Below, one piece after another: positions 1 to 9,417 of a DNA stretch of 64,000 nt. The notes beneath the pieces are model-generated. The model searched no databases. It was not told where the DNA came from and saw only the letters and a program-made list of their open reading frames with translations. Origin of the DNA: an uncultured bacterium (lineage in GTDB: Bacteria; Verrucomicrobiota; Verrucomicrobiia; Verrucomicrobiales; DEV007). The stretch spans positions 1 to 64,000 of the forward strand of contig CAXBMO010000021.1 in the NCBI GenBank assembly GCA_963977015.1, in the 5' to 3' direction. The number at the start of each line of letters is the position of its first letter. Positions within the stretch are counted from its first letter, which is position 1. A program made the translations under genes and the position numbers.

Positions 1-148
1 CATGCGAAGCCAATCTTCAACAATGAGGAACAACTTGCGCGTCCGTCATCATTTTCAAACGCTCCCCAGGCGCACTGCGACCGGCCTGACACTTGACTTG
101 TGAATCCTACAAGTCGAACGGTATGGAACCTGCTAGGTAGTCTTTCCC

Positions 149-1258
149 ATGATCGCACAGCCACTCACCAAGTTGGTCATAGTTTGCTCCTTTTGGCTCA
201 TTGCATTCGCTCACAGCGAGTCGCTTTATGTTGCCGGAAAAGGAGGAATCTACGCCCTCGAATTCGACGATTCCGACGGCTCATTGTCACCAATCACAAA
301 GGTTGCTGATGTAATGGCCCCGTCCTATTTCGCCTTTCATCCCGAACAGCCCTTTCTCTATTGCACCAACAACGACGGCGATAAGGGAAGCAAGACTTCC
401 AGTCATTTGGTCTCGTTTCTCGTTACCGACGACGAACTCATTGAGCTGAGTTCCGTCGAGACCGGCGGGACCACATCTGCCTTTGTTGAGGTGGATCAAC
501 GCGGTCGATTCGCGTTTGTCGCAAACTACCTTGGCGGCTCGATTGCCGGGTTTCAGATCGAGCCAGACGGGCGCATTGGATTGCCGACCATTTTCGTGCA
601 GCACGAAGGATCCAGCACGCATCCCACCCGGCAAACCGAACCACACCCACACGCGGTTCGAATGTCGCCGGACAACCGGTTTGCCTATGTTCCGGATTTG
701 GGAACCGATGACATTTTCATCTATCAGGTAAACCATTTCGACGGGTCGCTCTCTTCCGCAATTGAACCGTGGTCCAAGGCCGGGCAGGGATCAGGCCCCC
801 GCCACATGGACTTTCATCCACGGGTTGACGTCGCTTATGTCATTAACGAATTGGACTCAACGGTTTCCGTTTTTTCGCGCAATCCGGATCTGGGGGCACT
901 CGTTGCCGGCCAAACGCTCTCAACCCTGCCCAAGGACTACCAAGGCCCCAACGCCTGTGCCCATATCCAGGTTCACCCCAATGGAAAATGGGTTTACGGT
1001 TCGAATCGCGGTCACGATTCCATTGTGGTCTATGAGACGACCAGCAATGGCTTTCTCTCCTGGGTTGATCAGAGCAAGACCGGCAAAACGCCGCGTCATT
1101 TCACGATTTCTCCCAGCGGTGACTGGCTGATTGTCGGCAATCAAGCCGACGATACCCTCTCCGTTTTCCGCATCAATCCTCGCACCGGCCAACTTGCTCC
1201 TACGAAGCAAACCGACATTGCCGTCCCTTCGCCGTCTTGCCTGAAATTCTCCAACTAA
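149..1258 (+). CDS. Lactonase family 7-bladed beta-propeller (6-phosphogluconolactonase-like), with signal peptide
   Basis: 369-aa ORF with VANYLGGS, PHPHAV, PDLGTD, GSGPRH, NELDSTV, SNRGHDSI and KTPRHF motifs typical of Pgl/YbhE; hydrophobic N-terminus. Confidence 0.9.
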   Translation: MIAQPLTKLVIVCSFWLIAFAHSESLYVAGKGGIYALEFDDSDGSLSPITKVADVMAPSYFAFHPEQPFLYCTNNDGDKGSKTSSHLVSFLVTDDELIELSSVETGGTTSAFVEVDQRGRFAFVANYLGGSIAGFQIEPDGRIGLPTIFVQHEGSSTHPTRQTEPHPHAVRMSPDNRFAYVPDLGTDDIFIYQVNHFDGSLSSAIEPWSKAGQGSGPRHMDFHPRVDVAYVINELDSTVSVFSRNPDLGALVAGQTLSTLPKDYQGPNACAHIQVHPNGKWVYGSNRGHDSIVVYETTSNGFLSWVDQSKTGKTPRHFTISPSGDWLIVGNQADDTLSVFRINPRTGQLAPTKQTDIAVPSPSCLKFSN

Positions 1259-1464
1259 CGCATTTGAAGTGGAGAGATTTGGCTTCCGACACGGCGTTGT
1301 GAGGGAGTCGAGCACGCTCGCTGACTGATTAGGAACGCAGGAGAACGCCAAAGATTTCGCGATTACGCTTCCTTCGGCAAAGCCGCACTCTTTCTCTCGA
1401 ACCCATTCACCGCTCAACGGCTACCGGCTTACTGAAACGGCTCGAAGCAGGAGAGCTTTTCCGC

Positions 1465-1508
1465 AAAGAAAAAGCCCGGCTTCCCTCTTGGGGAAAACCG
1501 GGCTTCTT
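1465..1508 (-). terminator. Rho-independent terminator (possibly bidirectional)
   Basis: AAGCCCGG...CCGGGCTT stem with an A-tract on the left (U-tract on the minus strand), between convergent lactonase and nrdA. Confidence 0.7.
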
Positions 1509-1630
1509 CGTAAAAGCGTTGTGGAGTTCTTGATGAACTCGGGTTGTTCAATCCGCGAGAATTGGGGTTCCCCCTTCATCCGTGGTATCGGTAACATTGG
1601 TTGAAGTCATCGTGTGCAATCTAGTGGGTT

Positions 1631-1665
1631 AAAAAGGGAGTGGCCGTTTGGCGCCGACCACTCCC
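1631..1665 (-). terminator. Rho-independent terminator after nrdA
   Basis: GGGAGTGG...CCACTCCC stem followed on the minus strand by TTTTT, 28 nt after the nrdA stop. Confidence 0.75.
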
Positions 1666-1692
1666 AAAGTTGATTCTCTCAGGCTCGGATCG

Positions 1693-4600
1693 TTACTGGC
1701 AGGCTTCACATTCCGTGCCATTCATCATCGCCTCGATGCTGCAGGCCTGTGCATCTTTTGGAGTCGGAGTTCCTTCCTGAGGAGTCGCGTTAGCTCCGCC
1801 TCCTCCAGCGATGCCCCGCACTTCCTTCTTCACGTCGATGGTCGATTTCTCGATGCTCGATGCGGCCAGGGTGCGCAAATAGTAAGTCGTTTTCAGACCT
1901 TTGTGCCAGGCGGAGCGATACATGTGCGAGAGCGTCTTCATGTCAGGCTTGGCCAGGAAGAGGTTCACCGACTGCGATTGGTCGATCCACTTCTGGCGGC
2001 GGCCAGCGGCGGCAATGAAGTATTCAAAATCGATCGCAAACGACGTAATATACTTCGCCTTGAGATCAGCTGGAATATCCGCGATTTCGCTCAATTCACC
2101 GTTGTGATACTTCAAACGGTCAATCATTCCCTGATTCCAGAGCCCCCTAGCCTTGAGATCACGAACAAGGTAAGGATTCAGCATGATGAAATCTCCGCCG
2201 AGGTTGCTCTTCACAAAGAGGTTCTTGTAGAGCGGCTCAATGCAGGGCGTGCTTCCCATGATGTTGGAAATGGTCGCGGTTGGAGCGATCGCAATCACAT
2301 TGGAGTTCCGCATTCCTTGGTTGCGGATCTTCTCACGAATCGGCTCCCAATCCATCTTGCCACCACGGGGGACATCAATCTTCACGCCACGCTCTTCTTC
2401 CAGAAGATCAATCGTGTCCTGAGGAAGAAGCCCGCGATCCCACTTGGAACCGGGATAGCTGGAGTAGTTGCCCTTCTCTTTTCCAATATCACTGGATGCC
2501 TCATAGGCATAGTAGGCAACGGCTTCCATGATCTCATCGTTGAATTCCACAGCTTCCTGGGAAGCGAAGGAAACATCCTTTTTATAGAGAGCATTTTGGA
2601 GCCCCATCACGCCCAACCCGATCGGCCGGTGGCGCATGTTTGCATTCTTCGCGGCATCAGTAGGATAGAAGTTGATGTCGATCACGTTGTCCAAGGCACG
2701 AACCGCGATGCGGATCGTCTCTCTCAACTTCTCGTGATCAATCTCGCCATTCTCATTGACGTGCTGCTCCAGAACGACTGAGCCCAGATTACAAACCGCG
2801 GTCTCATCGGCTCCGGTGTTCAACGTAATCTCCGTGCACAGATTGGAGCTGTGAATCACACCTGCGTGATCCTGAGGGCTCCGAACATTGCAGGGGTCTT
2901 TGAAGGTGATCCAGGGGTGCCCGGTCTCGAAGAGCATCCGCAGCATTCCTTTCCAGAGGTCAATCGCTTCCACCTCTTTCCCAAAGATCTCTCCCTTGCG
3001 AGCCATCTGCTCATACTCGGCATAACGCCCTTCAAAGGCTTTGCCGTAGAGGTCGTGGAGCTCTGGAGTTTCATTGGAACGGAAAAGCATCCACTTCTCC
3101 CGAGCTTCCATCCGCTTCATGAACAAATCCGGAATCCAGTTCGCGGTATTCATGTCATGAGTCCGGCGGCGATCGTCTCCCGTGTTCTTGCGAAGCTCCA
3201 GGAAGTCGAAGATATCACTATGCCAGGACTCCAGATACGCACAGCCCGATCCCTTTCGCTTTCCGCCCTGGTTGACGGCAACGAGTTGGTCGTTGTGCAG
3301 CTTGAGGAAGGGAATCACCCCCTGGCTCTCGCCGTTGGTCCCTTTGATATAGCTTCCCGTTCCGCGAACCGACGTCCAGCTGCCACCAAGTCCACCAGCC
3401 CATTTGGAGAGGTAGGCGTTTTCCGCAATCCCGCGATTCATGATCGACTCAATGCTGTCATCGACCTTGTAGAGATAGCAGGACGAAAGCTGCGAATGAA
3501 GCGTTCCTGAATTAAAGAGCGTTGGCGTTGAAGAACAAAAGCGCCGACTCTTATACAGGCGGTAGAGATCGATGATCTTCGACGTGGCGTCTTCTTCCTT
3601 ATAGAAGATGCCCATCGCAACTCGCATCCAGAACAGCTGAGGTGTTTCGAGACGGCGATGGCTGGCGGTCTTGTCGACAATCAAGTAACGATCATACATC
3701 GTCTGGATTCCCAGATAGTCGAAGTCCAGATCCGCCACGGGATCAATTGCCTCGGACAAGCTGTCCAAGTCGAGATTGGCCAATTCCGGATTTAGCCGCT
3801 CGATTTCGATTCCACGTCGCAGGTTCTCTTTGAAAGCCTTGCGGTGAAATTTGGGCAGCTGTTCGATTCCGTCCTGAACGATGCTCCACTCCAGCGTCTC
3901 TTCATAGATGTAGGTGAGCAGCAAACGACCGGCGAACTTGGAAAAATCCGCATCCTTCTCAACAAGGCTTTTGGCATTCAGAAGCAGCGTCGTGCGTAGT
4001 CCCTCCTCAGAAATCTCTCCAAAGATTGACCGGCGCAATTCCTGTTCAATGACATCAGGAGCCATGTCGATTTCCAGATTGATCATCGCAAACTCGATCC
4101 GCTTGCGTAAATCCAGACCGTCCCAAAGGTAGGTATCACCATTGGCCTTGGTTACGAGAACCATCGAATCCTGGCTGGAATCATCCTCACTCGGAGCCGA
4201 CTCCGCTTCCTGGTCTTCGCGAAGCCCCTTGCGGTGCTCCCGATAAATGATGTAGGCCCGGGCGGCACGACGATGCCCTTGCAGCATCAACTCGTCTTCC
4301 ACCATGTCCTGCAGATCCTCGATGTGGATATACTCGGTTCCACTTTCGAGCATCTTGGCCGTCAGCGCGCGTGCCACGTCCACAGCCGGCTCTGAATCCA
4401 TGTGCAGCGACAAGAATGACTTCCGCACCGCCAACTCGATCTTATCCGGATTCCACGCCACCAAATCTCCATTCCGGCGAATCACTTTGACCACACCTGC
4501 GGGCACCAGCTTCGGCCGGCTCCCATTTACGGGTGGTTTGTCAGCTTTATCACTCATGGAGAGATTCCGTTTCACCATCATGCTCCGGGCAATGTCGTAG

Positions 4601-4995
4601 GCATGATGTTGTTCGAGTGCTTTTTCGATCGTTCTCTTCAGTTCCTCCTCACTCAAAACCACCTTCCCCTCGGCATCGATGCCCTGATTTTCCAACAATT
4701 GGCGAACCACCGAAGTCGAAACCTGGGCAACCAACGAGCGGTTTTGCTCGGTGAAGATGTCCGTCTCATTCTTCGACAGGAGCAGATCCGTCAGCGCTGA
4801 CCCAACCGTGTTGGCAATGTCTTCCGGGTCCAGATTCCGACTTTCCGTCTCGGTTTGGATGACCAATCGGGACTCGGCAAGATCACTCCCGTTCAGGGCG
4901 ACTTCTCGCCAATTGAAACGGGGCTTTCTCTCGTCGGGCTCTGATGCATAGCGCTTGAGCGCCTGGTCTTCTTCAAAGAAGGTTCTTCCAATCAT
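1693..4995 (-). CDS. nrdA: Ribonucleoside-diphosphate reductase alpha subunit (class I) with long N-terminal ATP-cone region
   Basis: STPTLFNSGT, QLSSCYL, SNLCTEI (radical Cys), IAPTATIS, TTYYLR and C-terminal CEAC; ATP-cone starts VIRRNG and VTKANG plus a degenerate N-terminal cone. Confidence 0.97.
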   Translation of the reverse strand: MIGRTFFEEDQALKRYASEPDERKPRFNWREVALNGSDLAESRLVIQTETESRNLDPEDIANTVGSALTDLLLSKNETDIFTEQNRSLVAQVSTSVVRQLLENQGIDAEGKVVLSEEELKRTIEKALEQHHAYDIARSMMVKRNLSMSDKADKPPVNGSRPKLVPAGVVKVIRRNGDLVAWNPDKIELAVRKSFLSLHMDSEPAVDVARALTAKMLESGTEYIHIEDLQDMVEDELMLQGHRRAARAYIIYREHRKGLREDQEAESAPSEDDSSQDSMVLVTKANGDTYLWDGLDLRKRIEFAMINLEIDMAPDVIEQELRRSIFGEISEEGLRTTLLLNAKSLVEKDADFSKFAGRLLLTYIYEETLEWSIVQDGIEQLPKFHRKAFKENLRRGIEIERLNPELANLDLDSLSEAIDPVADLDFDYLGIQTMYDRYLIVDKTASHRRLETPQLFWMRVAMGIFYKEEDATSKIIDLYRLYKSRRFCSSTPTLFNSGTLHSQLSSCYLYKVDDSIESIMNRGIAENAYLSKWAGGLGGSWTSVRGTGSYIKGTNGESQGVIPFLKLHNDQLVAVNQGGKRKGSGCAYLESWHSDIFDFLELRKNTGDDRRRTHDMNTANWIPDLFMKRMEAREKWMLFRSNETPELHDLYGKAFEGRYAEYEQMARKGEIFGKEVEAIDLWKGMLRMLFETGHPWITFKDPCNVRSPQDHAGVIHSSNLCTEITLNTGADETAVCNLGSVVLEQHVNENGEIDHEKLRETIRIAVRALDNVIDINFYPTDAAKNANMRHRPIGLGVMGLQNALYKKDVSFASQEAVEFNDEIMEAVAYYAYEASSDIGKEKGNYSSYPGSKWDRGLLPQDTIDLLEEERGVKIDVPRGGKMDWEPIREKIRNQGMRNSNVIAIAPTATISNIMGSTPCIEPLYKNLFVKSNLGGDFIMLNPYLVRDLKARGLWNQGMIDRLKYHNGELSEIADIPADLKAKYITSFAIDFEYFIAAAGRRQKWIDQSQSVNLFLAKPDMKTLSHMYRSAWHKGLKTTYYLRTLAASSIEKSTIDVKKEVRGIAGGGGANATPQEGTPTPKDAQACSIEAMMNGTECEACQ

Positions 4996-5078
4996 AATTT
5001 TGAGTCTTTGTTTTGTGCGGTTTGCGTGGCGTAGGGTTGTGTTTGTGTTGGATGGTCAGTCCAGATTTCCAGGTCGTC

Positions 5079-6164
5079 TTAAAGATCGTCATCATCGAAT
5101 GATCCCAGGGCGGAAGCCTTCTGGTATTCGGTGACGCGTCCTTCGAAAAAGTTTTGCTCCTTGGTGATGTCCATCATCTCAGCCAACCAAGGGAATGGAT
5201 TGGTGATTCCTGGATTCAGCGGAGCCAGGCCGACACCGGTCAATCTCCGGTCGGCAATGTAATCAATGTACTGAGTGAATTCTTCAGCACTCAACCCAAC
5301 CGAATTCACCGGCAGGCAGTCTTGAATGAAGTCTTTCTCTAGATTGACCGCTTCAATCATCAGCTCCGTCAATTCGCGCTGAAAGTCAGGCGTCCAGATC
5401 TCCGGATTTTCCTCGATGAGATCCATCAGCAGATTGCGGAACACCTCGATGTGATTCGATTCATCGCGAAGCGTGTAACGGAACATCTGGCCGATGCCCG
5501 GAAACTTGTTCTGGCGATACAGACTCAAAATCATTCCGAACAGGCCGTAAAACTGCGTTCCCTCCATGCACTGCCCGAACACAAAGATGTTTTTCGCCAG
5601 CAGCTGCTTGTTTGCCGAATCCGTCAGATCGAGATCGCGGCGCAACTCCTTGGAAATTCGAGTCACGAACTCATTCTTGCGCCGAACCGTTTCAATCTGC
5701 TCGAACATCGCCTCACACTCATGGGGATTGATCCCCAAACTTGAAATCATATAGAGCAGGCTGTCGGCGTGAATGTTCTCCTCATGCGCATGCCGCCCCA
5801 ACACCAGCTTCAACTCGGGCGCGGTCACAACTTCGCGAACCACGTGAATGATGTTGTCGCCAACAATTCCTTCCGCCGCAGAAAAGTAGCCAATGCCCAT
5901 CCGGATGATCCAGCGCTCGTTCTCACTGATCGCATCGGCCGACTGCCACTGCTCAACATCCTTCTGCATCGGGATGTCCTCCGGCTCCCAATGATTGTTC
6001 TTCATCGTGCGATACAGATCGTAAGCCCAATGATATTTCAAGGGCAGCAGGTTGAACGCCATCGTGTCGCGTCCGTTGATGACCCGCTTTGCCGAGAAAG
6101 CCTCTTCCGCTTTATCCTGGTCAAGAATGAAAGTTTTATCGCCGATGTCGAAGGTCTTTTCCAT
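5079..6164 (-). CDS. nrdB: Ribonucleotide reductase beta subunit, class Ic (R2c, Mn/Fe)-like
   Basis: Ferritin-like ligands FSAAE98, E129NIH132, MEG..FY, DESNH; C-terminal NFFEGRVTEY; Leu136 at the tyrosyl-radical position. Confidence 0.95.
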   Translation of the reverse strand: MEKTFDIGDKTFILDQDKAEEAFSAKRVINGRDTMAFNLLPLKYHWAYDLYRTMKNNHWEPEDIPMQKDVEQWQSADAISENERWIIRMGIGYFSAAEGIVGDNIIHVVREVVTAPELKLVLGRHAHEENIHADSLLYMISSLGINPHECEAMFEQIETVRRKNEFVTRISKELRRDLDLTDSANKQLLAKNIFVFGQCMEGTQFYGLFGMILSLYRQNKFPGIGQMFRYTLRDESNHIEVFRNLLMDLIEENPEIWTPDFQRELTELMIEAVNLEKDFIQDCLPVNSVGLSAEEFTQYIDYIADRRLTGVGLAPLNPGITNPFPWLAEMMDITKEQNFFEGRVTEYQKASALGSFDDDDL

Positions 6165-6308
6165 GTCAGAATTTATTTCGAAGTTCTAAGTAATCAGTGA
6201 GTGATGAATATCTTTTTGGGGAGAAAAATGCCCCTCTCGCTTCAGGCCAGAGGGGGTTTAAGTGGCTTTCTCGATCGTCAGTTCAGCAATTGCTGATCCG
6301 AAATCATA

Positions 6309-6366
6309 CCCCAATATCTAGTGTCCTGGCAAACTTATAAATCCATTTTTTGTCCACATCTTGTGC
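6309..6366 (-). promoter_or_regulatory. Tandem NrdR boxes upstream of nrdBA
   Basis: CCCCAATATCTAGTGT (6309-6324) and TGTCCACATCTTGTGC (6351-6366) resemble the acaCwAtATaTwGtgt consensus; starts 42 bp apart (four helical turns). Confidence 0.75.
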
Positions 6367-6713
6367 ACACAACCCGTCAATAACTCGCTTGTATTCCTCC
6401 CAAAATCCCGCCAAATCTGATACATACCGTCTCTTTCGAGAATCTTGACTTTTGAACTCTGTTTACATCTTGGATGTTTCAAATTTCATCCAACCTCCCC
6501 GCCAAACTCATCGAATAGAGCTTCCGTCCATCTGTGCCGAATCCCACCTTGAGCATTGCTTGAAAGTCCGGGCAATTACTTTTTGGACTTGTTAGAACTT
6601 TGTTCGGTCTTCCCCCGAAGAAGTTCGCCATTTCAGCGCATTTTTCGAATTGAAGACCGGGAGAACAGGATTTACTGGACGTCTTCCGCCTTTGGATTAA
6701 CGTGAACGTCCCC

Positions 6714-6805
6714 GGAAGGATGGCTGAGCTCGGTTTAAGGCGCCTGATTCGAAATCAGGTGTAGGGGCAACTCTACCGTGGGTTCGAATCCCACTCCTTC
6801 CGCCA
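6714..6805 (+). tRNA. tRNA-Ser (anticodon CGA)
   Basis: Acceptor GGAAGGA/TCCTTCC + G-CCA; anticodon arm CCTGA-TTCGAAA-TCAGG; long variable arm GTAGGGGCAACTCTAC; T-arm GTGGG-TTCGAAT-CCCAC. Confidence 0.97.
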
Positions 6806-7072
6806 CCCCCTTCAACCGAGCCACCCCGCCCCCCGGAATCACACCAAGCTGGATTCCCGGGCACTCAAACGCAGGCGCCAAGGGTAGATCATTCTGCGCA
6901 CTTTCGATTTTCGGCGCCAAAACCCCGGCCTGACGGCTCACATACCACATGTGGACTCATCCGGCCCGAACCAGGCCCGTCACCGCGTCAATGGAGTGGC
7001 CGCATCCCGAAATCCGGCGAACTTGTCGTTTCTCTCAAACGGGCTGAACCTATAGCCCCCCCCTTTTCCCCA

Positions 7073-7807
7073 TTGCATCCGTTCGCATTGAGCCCCCAAC
7101 CCTTTGAACGATTCGGCGCATCGCACTTGACGGTCCTTGCCCTGATTCCGGTGATCACGTTCGGCCTGTGCTATTTCGCGCGCCGAAACCCGGATTCGCA
7201 AGCCACTCGAATCCAGAACCGGGTTCTCGCTGCGATTCTCCTGTCTTCCTACCCGGTCAAGATCTGGTCGGGCCACATCGCGGGTTGGCCGGCAACGCCG
7301 CTGCCGATGCATCTCTGCGATTGGGTCGCGGTTCTTTGTGGCCTGGCGTTGATTCTGCGCAAACGCTGGATGGCCGAGTTGGCCTGGTTTTGGGGAATCA
7401 CCGGAACCGTTCAGGGCCTGGTGACCCCGATGCTGGCTCACGCCTTCCCTCACCCGCGCTTCTTTGCCTTCTTTCAGCTCCACGCCGGAGTCGTCATCTG
7501 CACCTTCTACCTGGTTTGGGGGCTTCGCCTGACCCCACGCCCGGGATCCGTCTGGCGGGCCTTTGGAGCACTGCAGATCTACACCCTCGCCGCGATCCTC
7601 ATCAATCTCTTGACCGGGCAAAACTACGGATTTCTCTGCCACAAACCCGACGCCACCTCCCTCCTCACCTATCTTGGCCCGTGGCCCGTCTATATCCTCA
7701 CTCTGGAAGCCCTCGCCCTGCTGCTCTTCACCCTCCTGTATCTGCCGTTCCGCACGATCGACCGTGAAACCAACCGCGGGTCAAAAAGCGAACCCGGAGA
7801 ATCCTGA
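7073..7807 (+). CDS. YwaF / TIGR02206-family integral membrane protein
   Basis: Multi-TM 244-aa ORF with LPMHLCD, FWGITGTVQGLVTP, NYGFLCHKP and LGPWPVYI motifs; TTG start uncertain. Confidence 0.85.
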   Translation: MHPFALSPQPFERFGASHLTVLALIPVITFGLCYFARRNPDSQATRIQNRVLAAILLSSYPVKIWSGHIAGWPATPLPMHLCDWVAVLCGLALILRKRWMAELAWFWGITGTVQGLVTPMLAHAFPHPRFFAFFQLHAGVVICTFYLVWGLRLTPRPGSVWRAFGALQIYTLAAILINLLTGQNYGFLCHKPDATSLLTYLGPWPVYILTLEALALLLFTLLYLPFRTIDRETNRGSKSEPGES

Positions 7808-8034
7808 CAAGAGATTCCATCCTCTCACAGGGTCATCAGGAAATGCGACGAGTTTGGGAGTCGAAGCGCCTGCCCAAACCTTCGCAGCCATGCAGCCGGA
7901 CGCGCCCGAAAATTGCGCGGCAGCCATTGCCAAGCCTGACATTCTGCCCCATGGTCCGCCTTCCATTCTTTGAGGTGACTTCGGAACCAAAGGCTAGGCA
8001 GAAAATTGACGCTCAGCTCAGCGCGGCAGGGTGG
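7799..8034 (+). repeat. 236-bp direct repeat, copy 1 (promoter + first 20 codons of hsdR)
   Basis: Colinear with 9807-10042 at offset 2008; 3' two-thirds nearly identical; contains TTGCCA-N17-CATGGT (7927-7955). Confidence 0.92.
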
Positions 8035-8178
8035 TCTGTTGTGCCCTCTGGTTCCCTCATTGTCAATGGTCCCACCGCCATCTGGCAGGCCTACGAAGCC
8101 CTCGAAAACATCCGCTCCTCCGACACCCAACGCCACTGGCTCGACGTCATCAAAAACTACGTCGCCCTCATCGCTTAA
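7975..8178 (+). pseudogene. hsdR: Type I restriction subunit R remnant (N-terminus fused to C-terminal scraps)
   Basis: VTSEPKARQKIDAQLSAAGW resembles HsdR N-termini; IWQAYEALE and QRHWLDVIKNYVA resemble EcoEI-R C-terminal segments; only 67 codons. Confidence 0.65.
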
Positions 8179-8185
8179 CGAGACC

Positions 8186-9417
8186 TTGGCCAAAAAGAAG
8201 ACAGCTTCGAATCTCAATAAAGCCCCTGCCAGCGCAGAGGAAAGCAGCCCCGTGCCCGGCGACTACCCGCAGCTGCTCGCTGCCGTGAAGAAACGGATTC
8301 AAACCGCACGCGTCCAGGCTCACCTCGCCGCCAACCGCGAGCTGGTGCAACTCTATTGGGATCTCGGCAAACTCATCGTCGAACGCCAAGAATCCCAAGG
8401 CTGGGGCAAAGCAGTCGTCAAGCGACTCTCCGGAGACCTATGCGTTGAATTCCCTGAAATGAATGGGCTTTCACTCTCCAGCCTCTGGCGGATGCGCTCT
8501 TTCTACCTTGCTTACAATCAGGAAATTGCAAATCTCGCACAACCTGTGCGAGATTTAAATATCACAGGCAAATCCTCCGAGAATCTCGCAAAGCCTATGC
8601 GAGATTTGCCTCGGGATTCAAATCTCCCACAACCTGTTGGAGAAATTCTAAACAGGTTGTTTCAGAAGTAGAGGACGGCAGGTGTCCGGCGTCCCTCCTT
8701 GCAATCCCCTGGGGACACAACATTTCGCTCGTCGAAAAACTCAAAGCCCCCACCCTCCGCCTCTGGTACGCCGCCCAGGCCGCCGAACACGGCTGGTCGC
8801 GCGCCGTCCTCGTCCACCAGATCGAGAGCGAACTCCACCTGCGCGCCACCAGCCAGGACAACAACTTCGCCGCCACCCTGCCCGATCCCCAATCCGATCT
8901 CGCTCGCGAGCTGATCAAAGACTCGTTCAACCTCGAGTTCCTCGACGTCCGCACCTCCATCCGCGAGCGCGAACTCGAAGAATCCCTCATCACCAACCTG
9001 CGCGATTTCCTCCTCGAACTCGGCACCGGCTTCGCCTTCATCGGCAACCAGTACCGCCTCGACATCGGCGGCCAAGCCTATTTTCTAGACCTCCTCTTCT
9101 ACCACACCCGCCTGCACTGCCACGTCGTCGTCGAGTTGAAAATCGACGCCTTCAAACCCGAGCACGCCGGCAAGATGCAGTTCTACCTCGCCGCCATCGA
9201 CGACCAGCTCAAGTCCGAACGCGACGCCCCAACCATCGGCATTCTGCTCTGCAAAGAGAAAAACAAAGTCGTCGTCGAATACGCCCTACGCGATGCCAGC
9301 AAGCCGATCGCCGTGGCGGACTACACGCTGAAGAAAACCCTGCCGAAGGAACTGAAGGGCGAGCTTCCAAGCGCGGCCGAGTTGAAGAAGCAACTGAAGG
9401 GAGAAGTAGGATCATGA
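8186..9417 (+). pseudogene. DUF1016 / YhcG-family PD-(D/E)XK nuclease, single-base frameshift near 8650
   Basis: Frame 2 gives NRELVQLYWDLG, GWGKAVV, LWRMRSFY; frame 1 from 8653 gives IPWGHN, WSRAVL, FLLELGTGFAF, DLLFYH, VELK, GKMQFYL, IGILLC; start TTG 8186 or GTG 8252. Confidence 0.9.
8530..8667 (+). repeat. Array of four in-frame coding palindromes inside the DUF1016 gene
   Basis: AAATCTCGCACA-ACC-TGTGCGAGATTT (8530-8556, perfect 12 bp); AATCTCGCA-N7-TGCGAGATT (8582-8606); 8620-8646 (9/12 pairs); TTCT[-]AAACA-GGT-TGTTTCAGAA (8646-8667). Confidence 0.9.

Noticed and set aside
6460-6475. Third NrdR box (TGTTTACATCTTGGAT), and a similar word near 1612-1627
   Set aside because: Poor consensus match; the second lies downstream of the operon
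8530-8667. Palindrome array as a CRISPR array or integron attC sites
   Set aside because: Units are in-frame coding, periods are irregular (51, 39, 24 nt), and no intact cas gene or integrase is present
8640-8671. Programmed ribosomal frameshift in DUF1016
   Set aside because: No X-XXY-YYZ slippery heptamer; a 1-bp deletion explains it more simply
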